A stretch of DNA of 64,000 nt from an uncultured Phycisphaerales bacterium (GTDB lineage Bacteria; Planctomycetota; Phycisphaerae; Tepidisphaerales; Tepidisphaeraceae). Shown here one piece after another: positions 41,843 to 53,052 of this stretch. The first letter of the stretch is position 1; each line of letters opens with the position of its first letter. The notes under the pieces were generated by a model. The model saw only the letters and a list, made by a program, of their open reading frames with translations. It had not been told where the DNA came from and did not search any database. The translations under genes and the position numbers were made by a program. The stretch lies in the NCBI GenBank assembly GCA_963755915.1, contig CAVWLP010000003.1, positions 896,001 through 960,000 on the forward strand, read 5' to 3'.

Positions 41843-42469
41843 TTATCTCCGCCACCACAATTCCGCCAGCGGAATGTCCAGATCGAGAAACGGCGGTAAG
41901 CGCACGATATCGTCTTTCTTTCCATGCCCCGTCGCGCGGTATTTGCTCCCAGAGAGTTTAAATCCTTCGATCGTTTCCGCATCGGGATCGACAATCCAGT
42001 AGTGGGCGACCTTCCCTTTTTCATACTGTTTGAATTTCTGCTTGCGATCCACCGCCACGCTGGATGGGCTGACGATTTCAACGCATAAATCTGGCGGGCC
42101 TTCCATTGCCTTGCGGCCGACGAGATGCAATCGGCCTTTTGCAAAATAAATCAGGTCGGGACGGCGAACGTCGTGCTCGCCGAATATCGTGTCGACGTCG
42201 CCAAACAAAGCGCCCAAATCGCGGTCTCGAATGTGCAGTCTAAGAATTCCAGTTAAACTACGATCGGCAAATGAATGCATTGGTTCCGGGCTTGGGCTCA
42301 CCTTCACCTCCCCATCGACGAGTTCAAGGCGCACACCCGGCGGGTCCTGGCCGAGCTGGAGGAATTGCCGCGCCGACATCTTGATCGTTCCCAGCGTCAC
42401 AACGGATATTGTACCGGTAGTTCCACCTAATCCGAGCGCTGGTGCAGATAACACTCGCGCTTCCCCCAT
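41843..42469 (-). CDS. Uma2 family (DUF820) putative endonuclease
   Basis: ELVDGEV..SP..H, RPDL, PDLCVEIVSPS, K..YEK..VAHYWIVDP. Start uncertain. Confidence 0.92.
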   Translation of the reverse strand: MGEARVLSAPALGLGGTTGTISVVTLGTIKMSARQFLQLGQDPPGVRLELVDGEVKVSPSPEPMHSFADRSLTGILRLHIRDRDLGALFGDVDTIFGEHDVRRPDLIYFAKGRLHLVGRKAMEGPPDLCVEIVSPSSVAVDRKQKFKQYEKGKVAHYWIVDPDAETIEGFKLSGSKYRATGHGKKDDIVRLPPFLDLDIPLAELWWRR

Positions 42470-42711
42470 TTGCCACTTATAAACAGGCAAAATCGCTCAA
42501 TTTCCCCACGTTTCCCACAATCGGCCATTTTCAGCGCATCTCCTGCCCCGGCCCCCCACGGCGCAGCGGCCGCATGCGAATAACGCGGTGCGTGCGCCGG
42601 ATAAACGGCCCCTTGCCTCCGCCCCCTTAAGCTTTTCGACCGGGGATTGCTTCAAGGAATTAAGACGATAGACCGATTCTTCGCACGTTCAAGCGAAGGG
42701 AAGACCAAACT

Positions 42712-42933
42712 ATGGCATTGAAGCAAACGCACATCTATCGGGGCCACGCAATCGTGCACCAGGTCTTTTCCACGGATGCAACCGAGGAAAAAATCGAGCG
42801 GTTCGTCGTGAGTTGTCCGGGGAAAGCCAATCACCTTTGCACCAAGCACTCGCTCGAAGAGGCCAAGGCGTCGGTCAACGCGCTATTGCAGCCCGCCGCC
42901 GCGCCGGGAAGGTATGCGCTGAACTCCGCGTAA
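42712..42933 (+). CDS. Small hypothetical protein
   Basis: 73-aa ATG ORF filling the intergenic gap; no recognisable motif. Confidence 0.45.
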   Translation: MALKQTHIYRGHAIVHQVFSTDATEEKIERFVVSCPGKANHLCTKHSLEEAKASVNALLQPAAAPGRYALNSA

Positions 42934-42953
42934 GCCCACGGAGTCTGATCCAT

Positions 42954-43937
42954 CTACGAGAACGCCCCTGATGGGCGAAGCGCCAGCTTGCCCAGGAAAT
43001 GCTTCTGAAGCGCCTTGTGCGCTTCGTTCACCTGATCGAGCGTAAACGTGCGATCCACGTGTACCTCAAATGGGGCCTGCTCGATCATTTGATTCAGCTT
43101 TTCGATGGTCCCCGGCTTGGGCATCCCGTCGTAGTTCTGCAATTTAATTCCATCTCGCCCTTTTGGCTCGGGCTCCACGCCATTGGGATACGCGGCCCGA
43201 CCCCCATTGCGCAGCGCCTCCAGCGCCTGCTCGGCGCCGGCCCCTCCGGCGGTCAGAAGAACGCAGTCCAAACCGCCCGGCGCAAATTTCCGCGCCGCGG
43301 CCCGCAGATCGTCTCTATGTCCTTCAATCACCATATCCGCACCCACCTGCGTCGCCAGCGCCACCCCGTCTATCCCCGACGCCACCGCCAAAACCCGCGC
43401 TCCCATTCGTTTGGCAAGCTGCACCGCCAGGTGCCCGATCCCTCCGCTGGCGCCGAAGATGAGGATCGATTCGCCCGATTTCAATCCCAGCCCTTCTTCC
43501 AATCCGATCAATCCGGTAATCGCATCCACCGGCATCGACCCCGCCTGGTCGACATTCAAACCCCCGGGAATTTTTGAAACATGGTCGGCCCCCACGGCCA
43601 CATACTCGGCGTAAAATCCGCCCTTGGGATTGGCCAGCGCTATTGCATAGACGCGATCCCCTTTCCTGAGGTGGCCGAACTCGCCGATGCCGGTTTCCAC
43701 CACGGTGCCCGCTCCCTCCGAGCCCAGGACGTAGGGAAACTTCGGTTTCACCCCCATCATTTCCGCGAAGCCCCCCTCCTGCTCGAACGGATCCCACACG
43801 CCGATGCCGGCTGATTCCACTCGAATCAAAACCTCCCCCGGCCCCGGCTTGGGAACCGGCAACTCATGCATCGAAATCGGACCACCGAACTCGTCAATCG
43901 CGGCGGCTTGCATGGTCTGGGGCGTTGACTGCGTCAT
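42954..43937 (-). CDS. NADP-dependent oxidoreductase (MDR/quinone reductase family)
   Basis: PKPGPGEVLIRV, LGSEGAGTV, GFYAEY, GASGGIG. Confidence 0.92.
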   Translation of the reverse strand: MTQSTPQTMQAAAIDEFGGPISMHELPVPKPGPGEVLIRVESAGIGVWDPFEQEGGFAEMMGVKPKFPYVLGSEGAGTVVETGIGEFGHLRKGDRVYAIALANPKGGFYAEYVAVGADHVSKIPGGLNVDQAGSMPVDAITGLIGLEEGLGLKSGESILIFGASGGIGHLAVQLAKRMGARVLAVASGIDGVALATQVGADMVIEGHRDDLRAAARKFAPGGLDCVLLTAGGAGAEQALEALRNGGRAAYPNGVEPEPKGRDGIKLQNYDGMPKPGTIEKLNQMIEQAPFEVHVDRTFTLDQVNEAHKALQKHFLGKLALRPSGAFS

Positions 43938-44156
43938 GGAGACCTCCCGGTCAATGAAAAAAGTGGCCTGCCCATCTGGGTAGTGCTGCACGTCAAAATC
44001 TTATGCCGACCCACCTGGGTCCGAATACCTGAAAAATCGCGATCCTTCGATATTTCCGCTCGTAATTATTGGGGTGTGCCGGTTCATGAGCCTATTCACG
44101 TTTGCGACATTCCTCAATCCGGCCGCTCGCACCGCCGATGGACCTTCGGGAGAATC

Positions 44157-44588
44157 ATGAATCGCGACAAAATATTAACCTGGGCCATCGGCATTTTATT
44201 GGCCATGGGGGTCTATCGCGTCTTCAACCCCCTGACGAAATTTGCGCCGGATCCTGCGGACGGGGAGTGGACGGCGGCGGTGGAGCGCAGCCGGGATTCG
44301 GGGAAGCCTGCTCTCGTGCTCTTCTCGGCGAACTGGTGTCCGACGTGCCAGTCGCTCAGCCAAAATGTGCTGACGCGCGACGACGTCATGCAGGAGCTTG
44401 ACGATCACTATGTGTTTTACGTCGTGGATCTGACCGATCCGAGCCCGGCGGTGGCGGCACGTTCTAAGAAATTCGGGGTGCACTACATTCCGCAACTCAT
44501 CCGTTATGACAAGGATGGGAACGAAACGGCGCGGGCGAATTTCATGGATGCGGATCAGTTGATCGCCTGGCTGAAGGCTGGGGAATAA
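44157..44588 (+). CDS. Thioredoxin family protein with N-terminal anchor
   Basis: FSANWCPTC motif and cis-Pro segment YIPQL. Confidence 0.88.
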   Translation: MNRDKILTWAIGILLAMGVYRVFNPLTKFAPDPADGEWTAAVERSRDSGKPALVLFSANWCPTCQSLSQNVLTRDDVMQELDDHYVFYVVDLTDPSPAVAARSKKFGVHYIPQLIRYDKDGNETARANFMDADQLIAWLKAGE

Positions 44589-44641
44589 CTGTCTTGCACC
44601 CTATCCCTTAAATCCCAGCACCAATCGCAATGAGATAAACC

Positions 44642-44941
44642 TTAAAGCTTTCGCGAACGCCGCCAACTGCCCGGCTCCCGCCGAAGATCAAACACCGCGA
44701 TAATATCCAACAGATTCACCGCCGTAACGCGATAGATCAGCGCGTAAGGAAACCTTTCAAGCCGATAGCGCCGGATTCCAGGCTCGATCTCCGGCCAGCG
44801 TTGCGGCGCATCAAGGACGCGCGTCAATGCAATTCCAATGTCCACGGCAAACTCAGTTCCCAACCCAGGGCGCCGAGTTTCGTAGAATTCCGCCGCCGCC
44901 ATCAGATCAAGCCTCGCCTCAGGCGCAAAGCGATAGTTCAT
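44642..44941 (-). CDS. RelE/ParE family toxin
   Basis: FAPEARLDL..FYE..PGLG, RFPYALIYR, IIAVFDLRREPGSW. Confidence 0.9.
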   Translation of the reverse strand: MNYRFAPEARLDLMAAAEFYETRRPGLGTEFAVDIGIALTRVLDAPQRWPEIEPGIRRYRLERFPYALIYRVTAVNLLDIIAVFDLRREPGSWRRSRKL

Positions 44942-44944
44942 CCC

Positions 44945-45181
44945 TCACCGTTGGAAGCGTTGTCTAAATTCCCGCATGACTTCCTCGCCAGGTATCGGGA
45001 CTGCCTCTCCGCTGTCAATGGAGGCAATTCGGCGGCGGATTTCCGCGAGTTGGTCCGAACTCAATTCCCCACCGAGTTCCACTGCCGAAGCGAACTGCCA
45101 AAGCGTCTCCGCGACCTCATCCCGCTCCTTTGGATCCAAGGCCATCGCTTCGTTAATGATCTGATCTTTCGTCATGGGCAT
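44945..45181 (-). CDS. Addiction module antitoxin
   Basis: AMALDPKER..LW, EIRRRIASIDSGE..IPGEEV, upstream of the ParE-like toxin. Confidence 0.88.
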   Translation of the reverse strand: MPMTKDQIINEAMALDPKERDEVAETLWQFASAVELGGELSSDQLAEIRRRIASIDSGEAVPIPGEEVMREFRQRFQR

Positions 45182-45230
45182 GACACTCAGTATACCATGC
45201 CGTCGCGCCCCAATCGCGACCCTCTTTTCT

Positions 45231-45815
45231 CTACCCCTTCAACCCCCGCAAAATAAACTCAATCGCGTGCTCCACCGAAAAATGATTGAACTGCTTCAAG
45301 TTCAGCGCAATCATCGCATACCCAATCCCGGTATTGATGAGCTGCCACGCCGGCACGCGCGAGTCTGAGTCCTTGCGGAATTCGCCGGCCTTCTGGCCAT
45401 CCTCGATGATTTTGCGGAAAAACCGCTCGATCTCGCTGTAATGCTCCTTCAGGACTGAAAGCACCTTCCGGTCCCGGGTTGTCGCCAGGGCGCCGTGGAT
45501 CACGTGATAGGCGTTCTCATTGGACTTAATGTGCTGCGGAAACCCGCGGGCGATGGTGCGGATCTTCTCGGTTGAGGTCGGCGCCTTTTCAATCAGTTGC
45601 CGCCAGTGCTTAAGTGTCTGGACGCTAACCGCCCGGGTGATGGCCACGAACATCTCCTGCTTGGTGGAGAAATGGCGGTAGAGGATCGGCTCGGTGACGC
45701 CCGCGGCGTCGGCGATCGCCGCCGTGGTTGCCGCGTCGAAACCGTGTTCCGCAAAGACCTTCGTTGCCACCTGGATCAATTGCTCGCGTCGCTGGGGAGC
45801 CTTCAATCTGGACAT
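45231..45815 (-). CDS. TetR/AcrR family transcriptional regulator
   Basis: RREQLIQVATKVFAEHGF..IADAAGVTEPILYRHFSTKQ. Confidence 0.93.
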   Translation of the reverse strand: MSRLKAPQRREQLIQVATKVFAEHGFDAATTAAIADAAGVTEPILYRHFSTKQEMFVAITRAVSVQTLKHWRQLIEKAPTSTEKIRTIARGFPQHIKSNENAYHVIHGALATTRDRKVLSVLKEHYSEIERFFRKIIEDGQKAGEFRKDSDSRVPAWQLINTGIGYAMIALNLKQFNHFSVEHAIEFILRGLKG

Positions 45816-46016
45816 GTCATGTTTAATACAGATTAGCGGACGATGTGACAAGCAACTCGTGCGTTAACGCCAAAGGCTCATCGAAGTCCGAATAAAGTGC
45901 CCCGCTTCTCATTGCCAGTTCGCCAATCGGCAATCGGCAATTGCCCGACGCCAGTTTCCGCTTGTCCTACCCGCCGCATTCTAGATAATACCCCCATCGC
46001 CATTTGGAGGCTTTTG

Positions 46017-47363
46017 ATGTTTGGGCGCTCGTATCGAGCTATAGAGATACCGCTTTTATTGGCGGCCTTCATTGTATTTTGCACGGCCCCGCTTGGCGCC
46101 CAGTCCGTCTTCCTTAACGCCGCAACTTCCGCGGAAGAGTCCGCCTCCCAGCCCACCGCCACCCAACCGTCTGCCAAAACTGCGCATACCCAGCTCAATG
46201 CAGTACTTCGCACCGGCGGCGTCGATCTCGACTGGGCCTGCGACCTGGCCGATACCGAGAAATTCCGCATCGAGCGCTCCGAACACGATGCTAACAATTG
46301 GCAGGCACTCCAAACCTTCCCCGCCACCATCAGCAGCTATCGCGACGGCAACATTCACACCACCGATTACGACTATCGCATCATCGCCCTTGATAAAGCC
46401 GGGGTACAGCTCGACGTCTCCAACCCCGTCAGCCCCCTGAAAAAGAACATCCTCAACGTCTTCAGCGGCGGCGTCGTCACCCTCCCCGATCTGCTCGATT
46501 TCCAGTTCTGGCAATCTTCCGTCAACTCCATGGTCATGGGGACGCTCGCCTTCATCCCCAAGCTCCTGGCGGCCCTGATCCTCTTCGGAATCTTCTGGAT
46601 CATCTACCGCATTGTCCGACGCATTATCTTGGGCTCCATGGCCCGCGCCCACGTCGATTCCAGCATCCGCGACATGCTCGGCGCCCTACTCCGCTGGTCG
46701 ATCATGGGCTTCGCCCTGGTCATCGCCTGCGATCAGATCGGCGTCCAGATCGCCGCCCTGCTCACCGGTGTTTCGATCATCGGCCTGGCCATCGGCTTCG
46801 CCGCCCAGGAAACGCTCGCCAACTTCATCGCCGGCGTCGTCATCTTTTGGGACCGGCCCTTCAAGGTCGGTGACTGGATCATCATCGACGACATGTTCGG
46901 CAAGGTCCTGCGCGTCAGTTTCCGCTCCACCCGCATGCTGAACCTCAACGGCGAAACCATCGTGCTGCCAAACACCTACATGCTTTCCAACCGGGTCGCC
47001 AACCACAGCACCCACCCGGTCATCCGCGTCGATATCCCGATCGGAATCGCCTACAAGGAATCGATCGACAAGGCCCGCACCGCCCTCCTGGCCGTCGTCG
47101 AAGGCGACCCCCGCATCTGCAAAGACCCCCCGCCCAGCGTCGTGGTCAGCGCCTGTGCTGATAGCAGCGTCAACCTCCTCCTCTGGCTCTGGATTCACGA
47201 CGAATCGGTCGAAAGGGCGGTCTTTTACGAATACCTTGAAAAAGCCAAAAAAGCCCTCGATGCCGCCCATATCGAGATCCCCTTCCCGCATATGCAGCTT
47301 ATGCTGGAAAACACCCCCGCCCTGATGTCCCTACGGCCTGACGCCCTTCAGCCTACGCCATAA
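46017..47363 (+). CDS. MscS family mechanosensitive channel with N-terminal extracytoplasmic (FN3-like) domain
   Basis: GLAIGFAAQETLANFIAG, RPFKVGDWI, IEIPFPH. Confidence 0.92.
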   Translation: MFGRSYRAIEIPLLLAAFIVFCTAPLGAQSVFLNAATSAEESASQPTATQPSAKTAHTQLNAVLRTGGVDLDWACDLADTEKFRIERSEHDANNWQALQTFPATISSYRDGNIHTTDYDYRIIALDKAGVQLDVSNPVSPLKKNILNVFSGGVVTLPDLLDFQFWQSSVNSMVMGTLAFIPKLLAALILFGIFWIIYRIVRRIILGSMARAHVDSSIRDMLGALLRWSIMGFALVIACDQIGVQIAALLTGVSIIGLAIGFAAQETLANFIAGVVIFWDRPFKVGDWIIIDDMFGKVLRVSFRSTRMLNLNGETIVLPNTYMLSNRVANHSTHPVIRVDIPIGIAYKESIDKARTALLAVVEGDPRICKDPPPSVVVSACADSSVNLLLWLWIHDESVERAVFYEYLEKAKKALDAAHIEIPFPHMQLMLENTPALMSLRPDALQPTP

Positions 47364-47607
47364 CCGATCCCCGTGGCCCGGACCGAAAACACGGGCGATT
47401 TTTCAGCCAAAAAATTATCTTGCTCTTGGGCCGGTCGGAGTTTAGAAGATAGGCCGATTATAGAGATTTTGTACCGCACCGCCGTATAATCTGGTGTATC
47501 ATAAGTGACGGCTGTGAAAATGGGTTAGCAAACCGACTTCTCGAAAGACCCCCGGATTGAACCCGCCCCCGAAACCCTGATCCAGCCATCCGAAGGATGT
47601 GCCCCCA

Positions 47608-49388
47608 ATGGCCAAGCAACAGAAAAAACTAGGCGAGATTCTCGTTGAATGGGGAATCATTTCCACCCGCGAGGTCGCCAAGGCGCTGGAACACGCCAAG
47701 GCCAAGAACCTCCGCATCGGCGAAGCGCTGATGGACCTGAAGCTTTGCAACGACGTCAATATTTACAAAGCCCTCGCCCAGCAGCACAACATGGAATACA
47801 TCGACCTCGACAAGAGCTCGGTACCCCCCAACGCCGTCAACCTGATCCCCGACGACCTGATGCGCAAATATCTGATCCTCCCGCTGGGAATGGAGAGCGG
47901 GCGGTTGCGGGTCGCCATCCACGACCCCCTCGATTTCGAGATGCTCGAAGTCCTGCGCTTCCGGCTCAACAAGGATATCCGCACGGTTCTGGCCCCCACG
48001 CTCGCGAATTAAAACCATCCTCGACGAACTCTTTAACACCAGCGCCACCAACACCATCGACAAAACGATGGACCGCACCATCGACCGTCTGCGCGATTCG
48101 CTCGACAAGTCGATGGACCGTTCGCTGGACAAATCGCTCGACCGTTCGATCGACAAATCCCTCGACGACAGACGTCAACGAGGAAGGATCGAAGTCCGAC
48201 CCCACGCAGGCCCCGATCATCAAGCTGGTGCAGGCGATGATCGGCGAAGCCGTCCGCAACCGCGCCAGCGATATTCACATCGAGCCGATGAAGGACCGCG
48301 TGCGCGTCCGCTACCGCATCGACGGCGAATGCGTCGAGCGCGACCGCATCCCCCTGCGCATGAAAGGCCCCCTCATCAGCCGGTTGAAAATCATGGCCGG
48401 CATCGACATCGCCGAAAAGCGTCTCCCCCAGGACGGCCGCATCAAGCTCACCGTCGACAAGTCCAACGTCGACTTCCGCGTCAGCACGCTGCCCGCCTAT
48501 CACGGTGAATCCGTCGTCCTTCGTATTCTGCGCCCCGACAGCGTGCGCATCGGCATCCAGAGCCTGGGGTTCGAGGAAGAAGACTACAAGATCTTCCAGC
48601 AAATCATCAAGCGACCGAACGGAATCTTCCTCGTCACCGGCCCCACCGGCTCCGGCAAAACCACCACGCTTTACGCGGCGCTGAACGAACTGAATCGCCC
48701 CGACCGCAAGATCATCACCGCCGAAGACCCGGTCGAATACAACTTCGTCGGCATCAACCAGTGCCAGGTGCGCGAAAACATCGGCCTGAGCTTCGCCAAG
48801 ATTCTCCGCTCCATGCTGCGCCAGGCCCCCAACATCATTCTGGTCGGCGAAATTCGCGACAAGGAAGTCGCCGAAGTCGCCGTCCAGGCCGCCCTTACCG
48901 GTCACCTGGTCTTCAGCACCCTCCACACCAACGACGCCCCCGGCGCCATCACCCGCCTGATCGACATGGGCGTCAAGCCGTTCCTCGTCGCCAGCTCCAT
49001 CCAGGCCGTCATGGGCCAGCGGCTCATCCGCGCCCTCTGTCCCAAGTGCAAGCAGCCCGACAAGGAACCCGATCAGATGTGGCTCAAGCTCGCCGGCATC
49101 AAACCCGACGACCTCAAGGACAAAATCATCTACAAGCCGCGCGGCTGCGATTACTGCACCGGCACCGGCTTCCGCGGGCGCGTCGGGATCTTCGAGCTCA
49201 TGCACATGAACAACGAAATCCGCACCCTCGCCTTCGAACGCGCGCCTACCAACAAGATCCGCAAGGCCGCCCTCGCCGGCGGAATGAAGTCCCTGCTCGC
49301 CGACGGCCGAGTCAAAGTCCTCTCCGGCATCACCACCGCCGAGGAAATCGTGAAAGTCGCCCAGATGGAAGGCATCGTACAGATGTAA
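47608..49388 (+). CDS. pilB: Type IV pilus / T2SS assembly ATPase PilB/GspE (frameshifts near 48000 and 48170)
   Basis: KLGEILV MshEN-like N-terminus, ASDIHIEP, RLPQDGR, GPTGSGKTTTLY, LRQAPNIILVGEIRD, two CxxC. Confidence 0.9.
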
Positions 49389-49405
49389 CCAACCCATAAA
49401 ACACC

Positions 49406-50662
49406 ATGGCATCAACCCTCCAAATCGACCGTCTCCTGGAAACCTGCGTCCGCCGCAACGCCTCCGACCTTCACCTGGCCGTCGGCAAGCCCCCGACGCT
49501 CCGCCTGCACGGCCACCTCCGCGAGCTCCAGACCAAGGTCCTCGAACCCGAAGACACCATGGCGCTGATGAAAAGCGTCACGCCCGAGCGAATCCAGCAG
49601 GAATTCGAGGAAACCGGCTCGGGCGACTTCGGTTTCGCCTTCGGAACGGAAGCCCGCTTCCGCGTCTCCGTCTTTAAACAGAAGGGCGTCGCCAGCCTCG
49701 TCATGCGCCGAATCCCCAACAAGCTCATGACCTTCGAGCAGATCGGCCTGCCCGACATGGCCGAGCAGATCTGCCGCCGTCCGCGCGGAATCTTCCTCGT
49801 CACCGGCCCCACCGGCTCCGGGAAAACCACCACGCTGGCGTGCATGATCAATCACATCAACGAGAACTTCGATCGCCACATCATCACGATGGAAGACCCC
49901 ATCGAGTATTACCACCAACACAAAAAATCCATCGTGGTGCAGCGCGAGATCGGCGTCGACGTTCCCAGCTTCTCCGAAGCCCTCCGCCGCGCCCTCCGTC
50001 AAGATCCCGACGTCATGCTCGTCGGTGAAATGCGCGACCTGGCCACCATCGGCTCCGCCATCACCGCCGCCGAAACCGGCCACCTGGTCTTCGGAACCCT
50101 CCACACCAGCGGCGCCGCCAGCACCATCAACCGCATCATCGACGCCTTCCCCACCGATCAGCAGGAACAGGTCCGCGTGCAGCTCGCCAACAATCTCATC
50201 GCCGTGCTCTCCCAGGCGCTTTGTCCACGCGTCGACACCGACGGCATGGTCGCCGCCTACGAATTCATGTACGTCACGCCCGGCATTCAAAACCTCATCC
50301 GCGAAAACAAGGTCTTCCGCATCGACTCCGAAATCCAGACCGGCAAACGCTTCGGCATGCAGCTGCTCGACGACACCCTCATCACCCTCTTCCAGGCCGG
50401 GAAAATCACCATGGAAGAGGCCGTCGACAAGAGCAAAGTCCCGGGCCTGATGATGGACCGCCTCAAGCAACGCGGCCTGGTTATCGATGAGGAAGGGGAC
50501 GAATCCCCCGACGACGGTGGCGACGCCAGCGGCGCTCCCGCACGCCCCAAGCCCGCGGCCGGTGGCGGGGGCGGTTCCGCACAATCCTCCGACGCCGAGC
50601 GAAAAGCCCAGATCGAAGCCAACCGGCTACGCATGCAGGCCATGGCCAAAAAAAATAGCTGA
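49406..50662 (+). CDS. pilT: Type IV pilus retraction ATPase PilT
   Basis: ASDLHL, GPTGSGKTTTLA, ALRQDPDVMLVGEMRD, AAETGHLVFGTLHT, IQNLIRE, GMQ. Confidence 0.95.
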   Translation: MASTLQIDRLLETCVRRNASDLHLAVGKPPTLRLHGHLRELQTKVLEPEDTMALMKSVTPERIQQEFEETGSGDFGFAFGTEARFRVSVFKQKGVASLVMRRIPNKLMTFEQIGLPDMAEQICRRPRGIFLVTGPTGSGKTTTLACMINHINENFDRHIITMEDPIEYYHQHKKSIVVQREIGVDVPSFSEALRRALRQDPDVMLVGEMRDLATIGSAITAAETGHLVFGTLHTSGAASTINRIIDAFPTDQQEQVRVQLANNLIAVLSQALCPRVDTDGMVAAYEFMYVTPGIQNLIRENKVFRIDSEIQTGKRFGMQLLDDTLITLFQAGKITMEEAVDKSKVPGLMMDRLKQRGLVIDEEGDESPDDGGDASGAPARPKPAAGGGGGSAQSSDAERKAQIEANRLRMQAMAKKNS

Positions 50663-50722
50663 TGAATTTCCAAAAACCTCCGTCCGCAAGCTTTCGCAGT
50701 ATGTAGAATAAGGAAGCGACAA

Positions 50723-52735
50723 ATGTCAGACCCCCTACCCAAACCCTCGAACCCCTCCGGTTTCCCCCGTCCCGCCGGCAGCGGACGACCGATACCCATC
50801 ACCGCCGTCCCCGTCACGCGCATCCCGCCCCCCGGCTCCGCGCAGCCGCCCAAGCCTCACGCCAGCGGCAACGGCAAACCCCCCATCGCCCCCCCCATTA
50901 CGCCCCCCGCAGGTGGCAACCCACCGCCGGGCGGAAATCCTCCCGGCGCGAATCCTCCCGGCCCAACTCCCGGCGGCGCCCAACCAGCCCCCGGAATGCC
51001 ACCCATTTCCGAGCTAAAAGGCCGCCCCCTCGGCCGCATCCTCCAGAAAATGGGCAAGGTCACGCGCGAGCAATACACCGAAGCCCTCAACTTCCAGAAG
51101 ACCAAGCCCGGCGTCCAGCTCGGCAGAATCCTTATCGACATGGCCGCCATCAAGGAAGGCGACCTCACCATCGCTCTCGCCGCTCAGCAGGGATTTGAAG
51201 TCATCAACCTTGAAGGCATCAACATCGACCCCGCCGCCATCACCGCGGTTCCGGCACAGCTTGCCACCACCAGCAAGGTCCTCCCCATTTCCTTCGATCC
51301 GGCGACCAAGTCCCTCTCCGTCGCCATGGCCTCCCACGAAAATTTCCGCGCCCTCGACGACCTCCGCTCCCTGATGGGCTACCAGGTCACCGCCAAAATC
51401 GCCTCCGACCCCGAAGTCCTCGACCGGCTCATTGCCAAGTTTTACCAGGCCGCCGCGGAAGGGATCGGCGAAATCCTCGGCGAGCTCCAGGACGACGACG
51501 CCCTCAAAGACCTCAAAAACCGCGGCGAATCGATCGACATCGACAGCCTTGAAGAAGCCGCCAATTCCAACCCCGTCCGCAAGCTCATCAACCTGGTTCT
51601 GCTCCAGGCGATCAAAGACAAGGCTTCCGACATTCACTTCGAGCCTTTCGAAGGCGAATTCAAGATGCGCTACCGCATCGACGGCGTGCTGTATGAAATG
51701 ATGCCGCCCCCGGCTCACATCGCCCCCGCGATCAGCAGCCGAATCAAGGTCATGTCCAACCTCGACATCGCCGAACGCCGCATGCCGCAGGACGGCCGCA
51801 TCGAGCTTAACGTCAACAACCAGCCCATCGACCTCCGCGTCAGCGTCCTGCCCACCATGTTCGGCGAAAGCGTCGTCATGCGCGTGCTCGACCGCGCCAA
51901 CGTCAGCCTCGACCTCGACAAGCTTGGCATGCGCGACGAAGACCTCACCGTCACCCGCCAGCTCATTCACAAGCCCAACGGAATCGTCATCGTCACCGGC
52001 CCGACCGGCTCCGGTAAAACGACCACGCTCTATTCCGCACTTCGCGAGCTCAACGACCCCAGCAGCAAGCTCATCACCGCCGAAGACCCCGTCGAATACG
52101 ACATCGACGGCGTCATCCAGTGCCAGATCAAGCCCGACATCGAACTCACCTTCGGACGCATCCTCCGCGCCATGTTGCGCCAGGACCCCGACATCATCCT
52201 CGTCGGCGAAATCCGCGATAAGGAAACCGCCGAGATCGCCGTGCAGGCCTCCCTCACCGGCCACCTGGTTTTCAGCACCCTCCACACCAACGACGCCCCC
52301 AGCGCCATCGCCCGACTCCTCGACCTTGGCCTTGAGCCGTTCCTCGTCACCGCCACCATCGAAGGCATCGTCGCCCAGCGCCTGGTCAGAAAAATCTGCC
52401 TCAACTGCAAAACCGAATACCAGCCGACCCTCGAACAGCTCATGGAACTCGAGCTTCGCGCCGACGACGTCGTCGGCAAAAGATTCTACTACGGCAAAGG
52501 CTGCAACAACTGCAACAACACCGGCTACAAGGGCCGCTTCGGACTCTACGAAATCATGCTCCTCGACGACGACATGCGCGACCTCATCATCCAGCACGCC
52601 AGCACGCAGGTGCTGAGAATGGAAGCCAAAAAACGCGGCATGAGGACCCTCCGCAGCGCCGGGCTGCTGGCGATCTATGATGGGATTACGTCGATTGAGG
52701 AAGTCGTCCGCGAGACGATTGTGGAAGATCAGTAG
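50723..52735 (+). CDS. pilB: Second PilB/GspE ATPase with Pro-rich N-terminal extension
   Basis: PLGRIL/QLGRIL, ASDIHFEP, RMPQDGR, Walker A, LRQDPDIILVGEIRD, CLNC/CNNC. Confidence 0.93.
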   Translation: MSDPLPKPSNPSGFPRPAGSGRPIPITAVPVTRIPPPGSAQPPKPHASGNGKPPIAPPITPPAGGNPPPGGNPPGANPPGPTPGGAQPAPGMPPISELKGRPLGRILQKMGKVTREQYTEALNFQKTKPGVQLGRILIDMAAIKEGDLTIALAAQQGFEVINLEGINIDPAAITAVPAQLATTSKVLPISFDPATKSLSVAMASHENFRALDDLRSLMGYQVTAKIASDPEVLDRLIAKFYQAAAEGIGEILGELQDDDALKDLKNRGESIDIDSLEEAANSNPVRKLINLVLLQAIKDKASDIHFEPFEGEFKMRYRIDGVLYEMMPPPAHIAPAISSRIKVMSNLDIAERRMPQDGRIELNVNNQPIDLRVSVLPTMFGESVVMRVLDRANVSLDLDKLGMRDEDLTVTRQLIHKPNGIVIVTGPTGSGKTTTLYSALRELNDPSSKLITAEDPVEYDIDGVIQCQIKPDIELTFGRILRAMLRQDPDIILVGEIRDKETAEIAVQASLTGHLVFSTLHTNDAPSAIARLLDLGLEPFLVTATIEGIVAQRLVRKICLNCKTEYQPTLEQLMELELRADDVVGKRFYYGKGCNNCNNTGYKGRFGLYEIMLLDDDMRDLIIQHASTQVLRMEAKKRGMRTLRSAGLLAIYDGITSIEEVVRETIVEDQ

Positions 52736-52768
52736 AAACTCGAATTCCTGCGCAACCTTGCTAACATC

Positions 52769-53052
52769 ATGCCTATGACGCTAACCGTCGAACTTCCCAG
52801 CGACCTCGAAGCGGTGATTCGCCAAAGCGTAAAAGGCGATCTTAATGCCTATGGCGCGAGGCCCTGGCGGTTCAGCTATATCGCGACCGAAAGCTCTCCC
52901 ACGCTCAGTTGCAGCAGTTTTTCGGCCTTTCAAGCTTTGAAGTCGACGCGATCCTGAAAAATCATGGCGGTGTCGATGACATCACCGCCGACGAACTCGC
53001 CGCCCAGGTGTCCGCTTCGCGCTCGGCCCGGCAAAAATCCCAGCCGAAATGA
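52769..53052 (+). CDS. UPF0175-like antitoxin (frameshift near 52855)
   Basis: MTLTVELP.. joined to EALAVQLYRDRKLSHAQ..EVDAILKNHG. ATGA overlap with the next gene. Confidence 0.75.
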
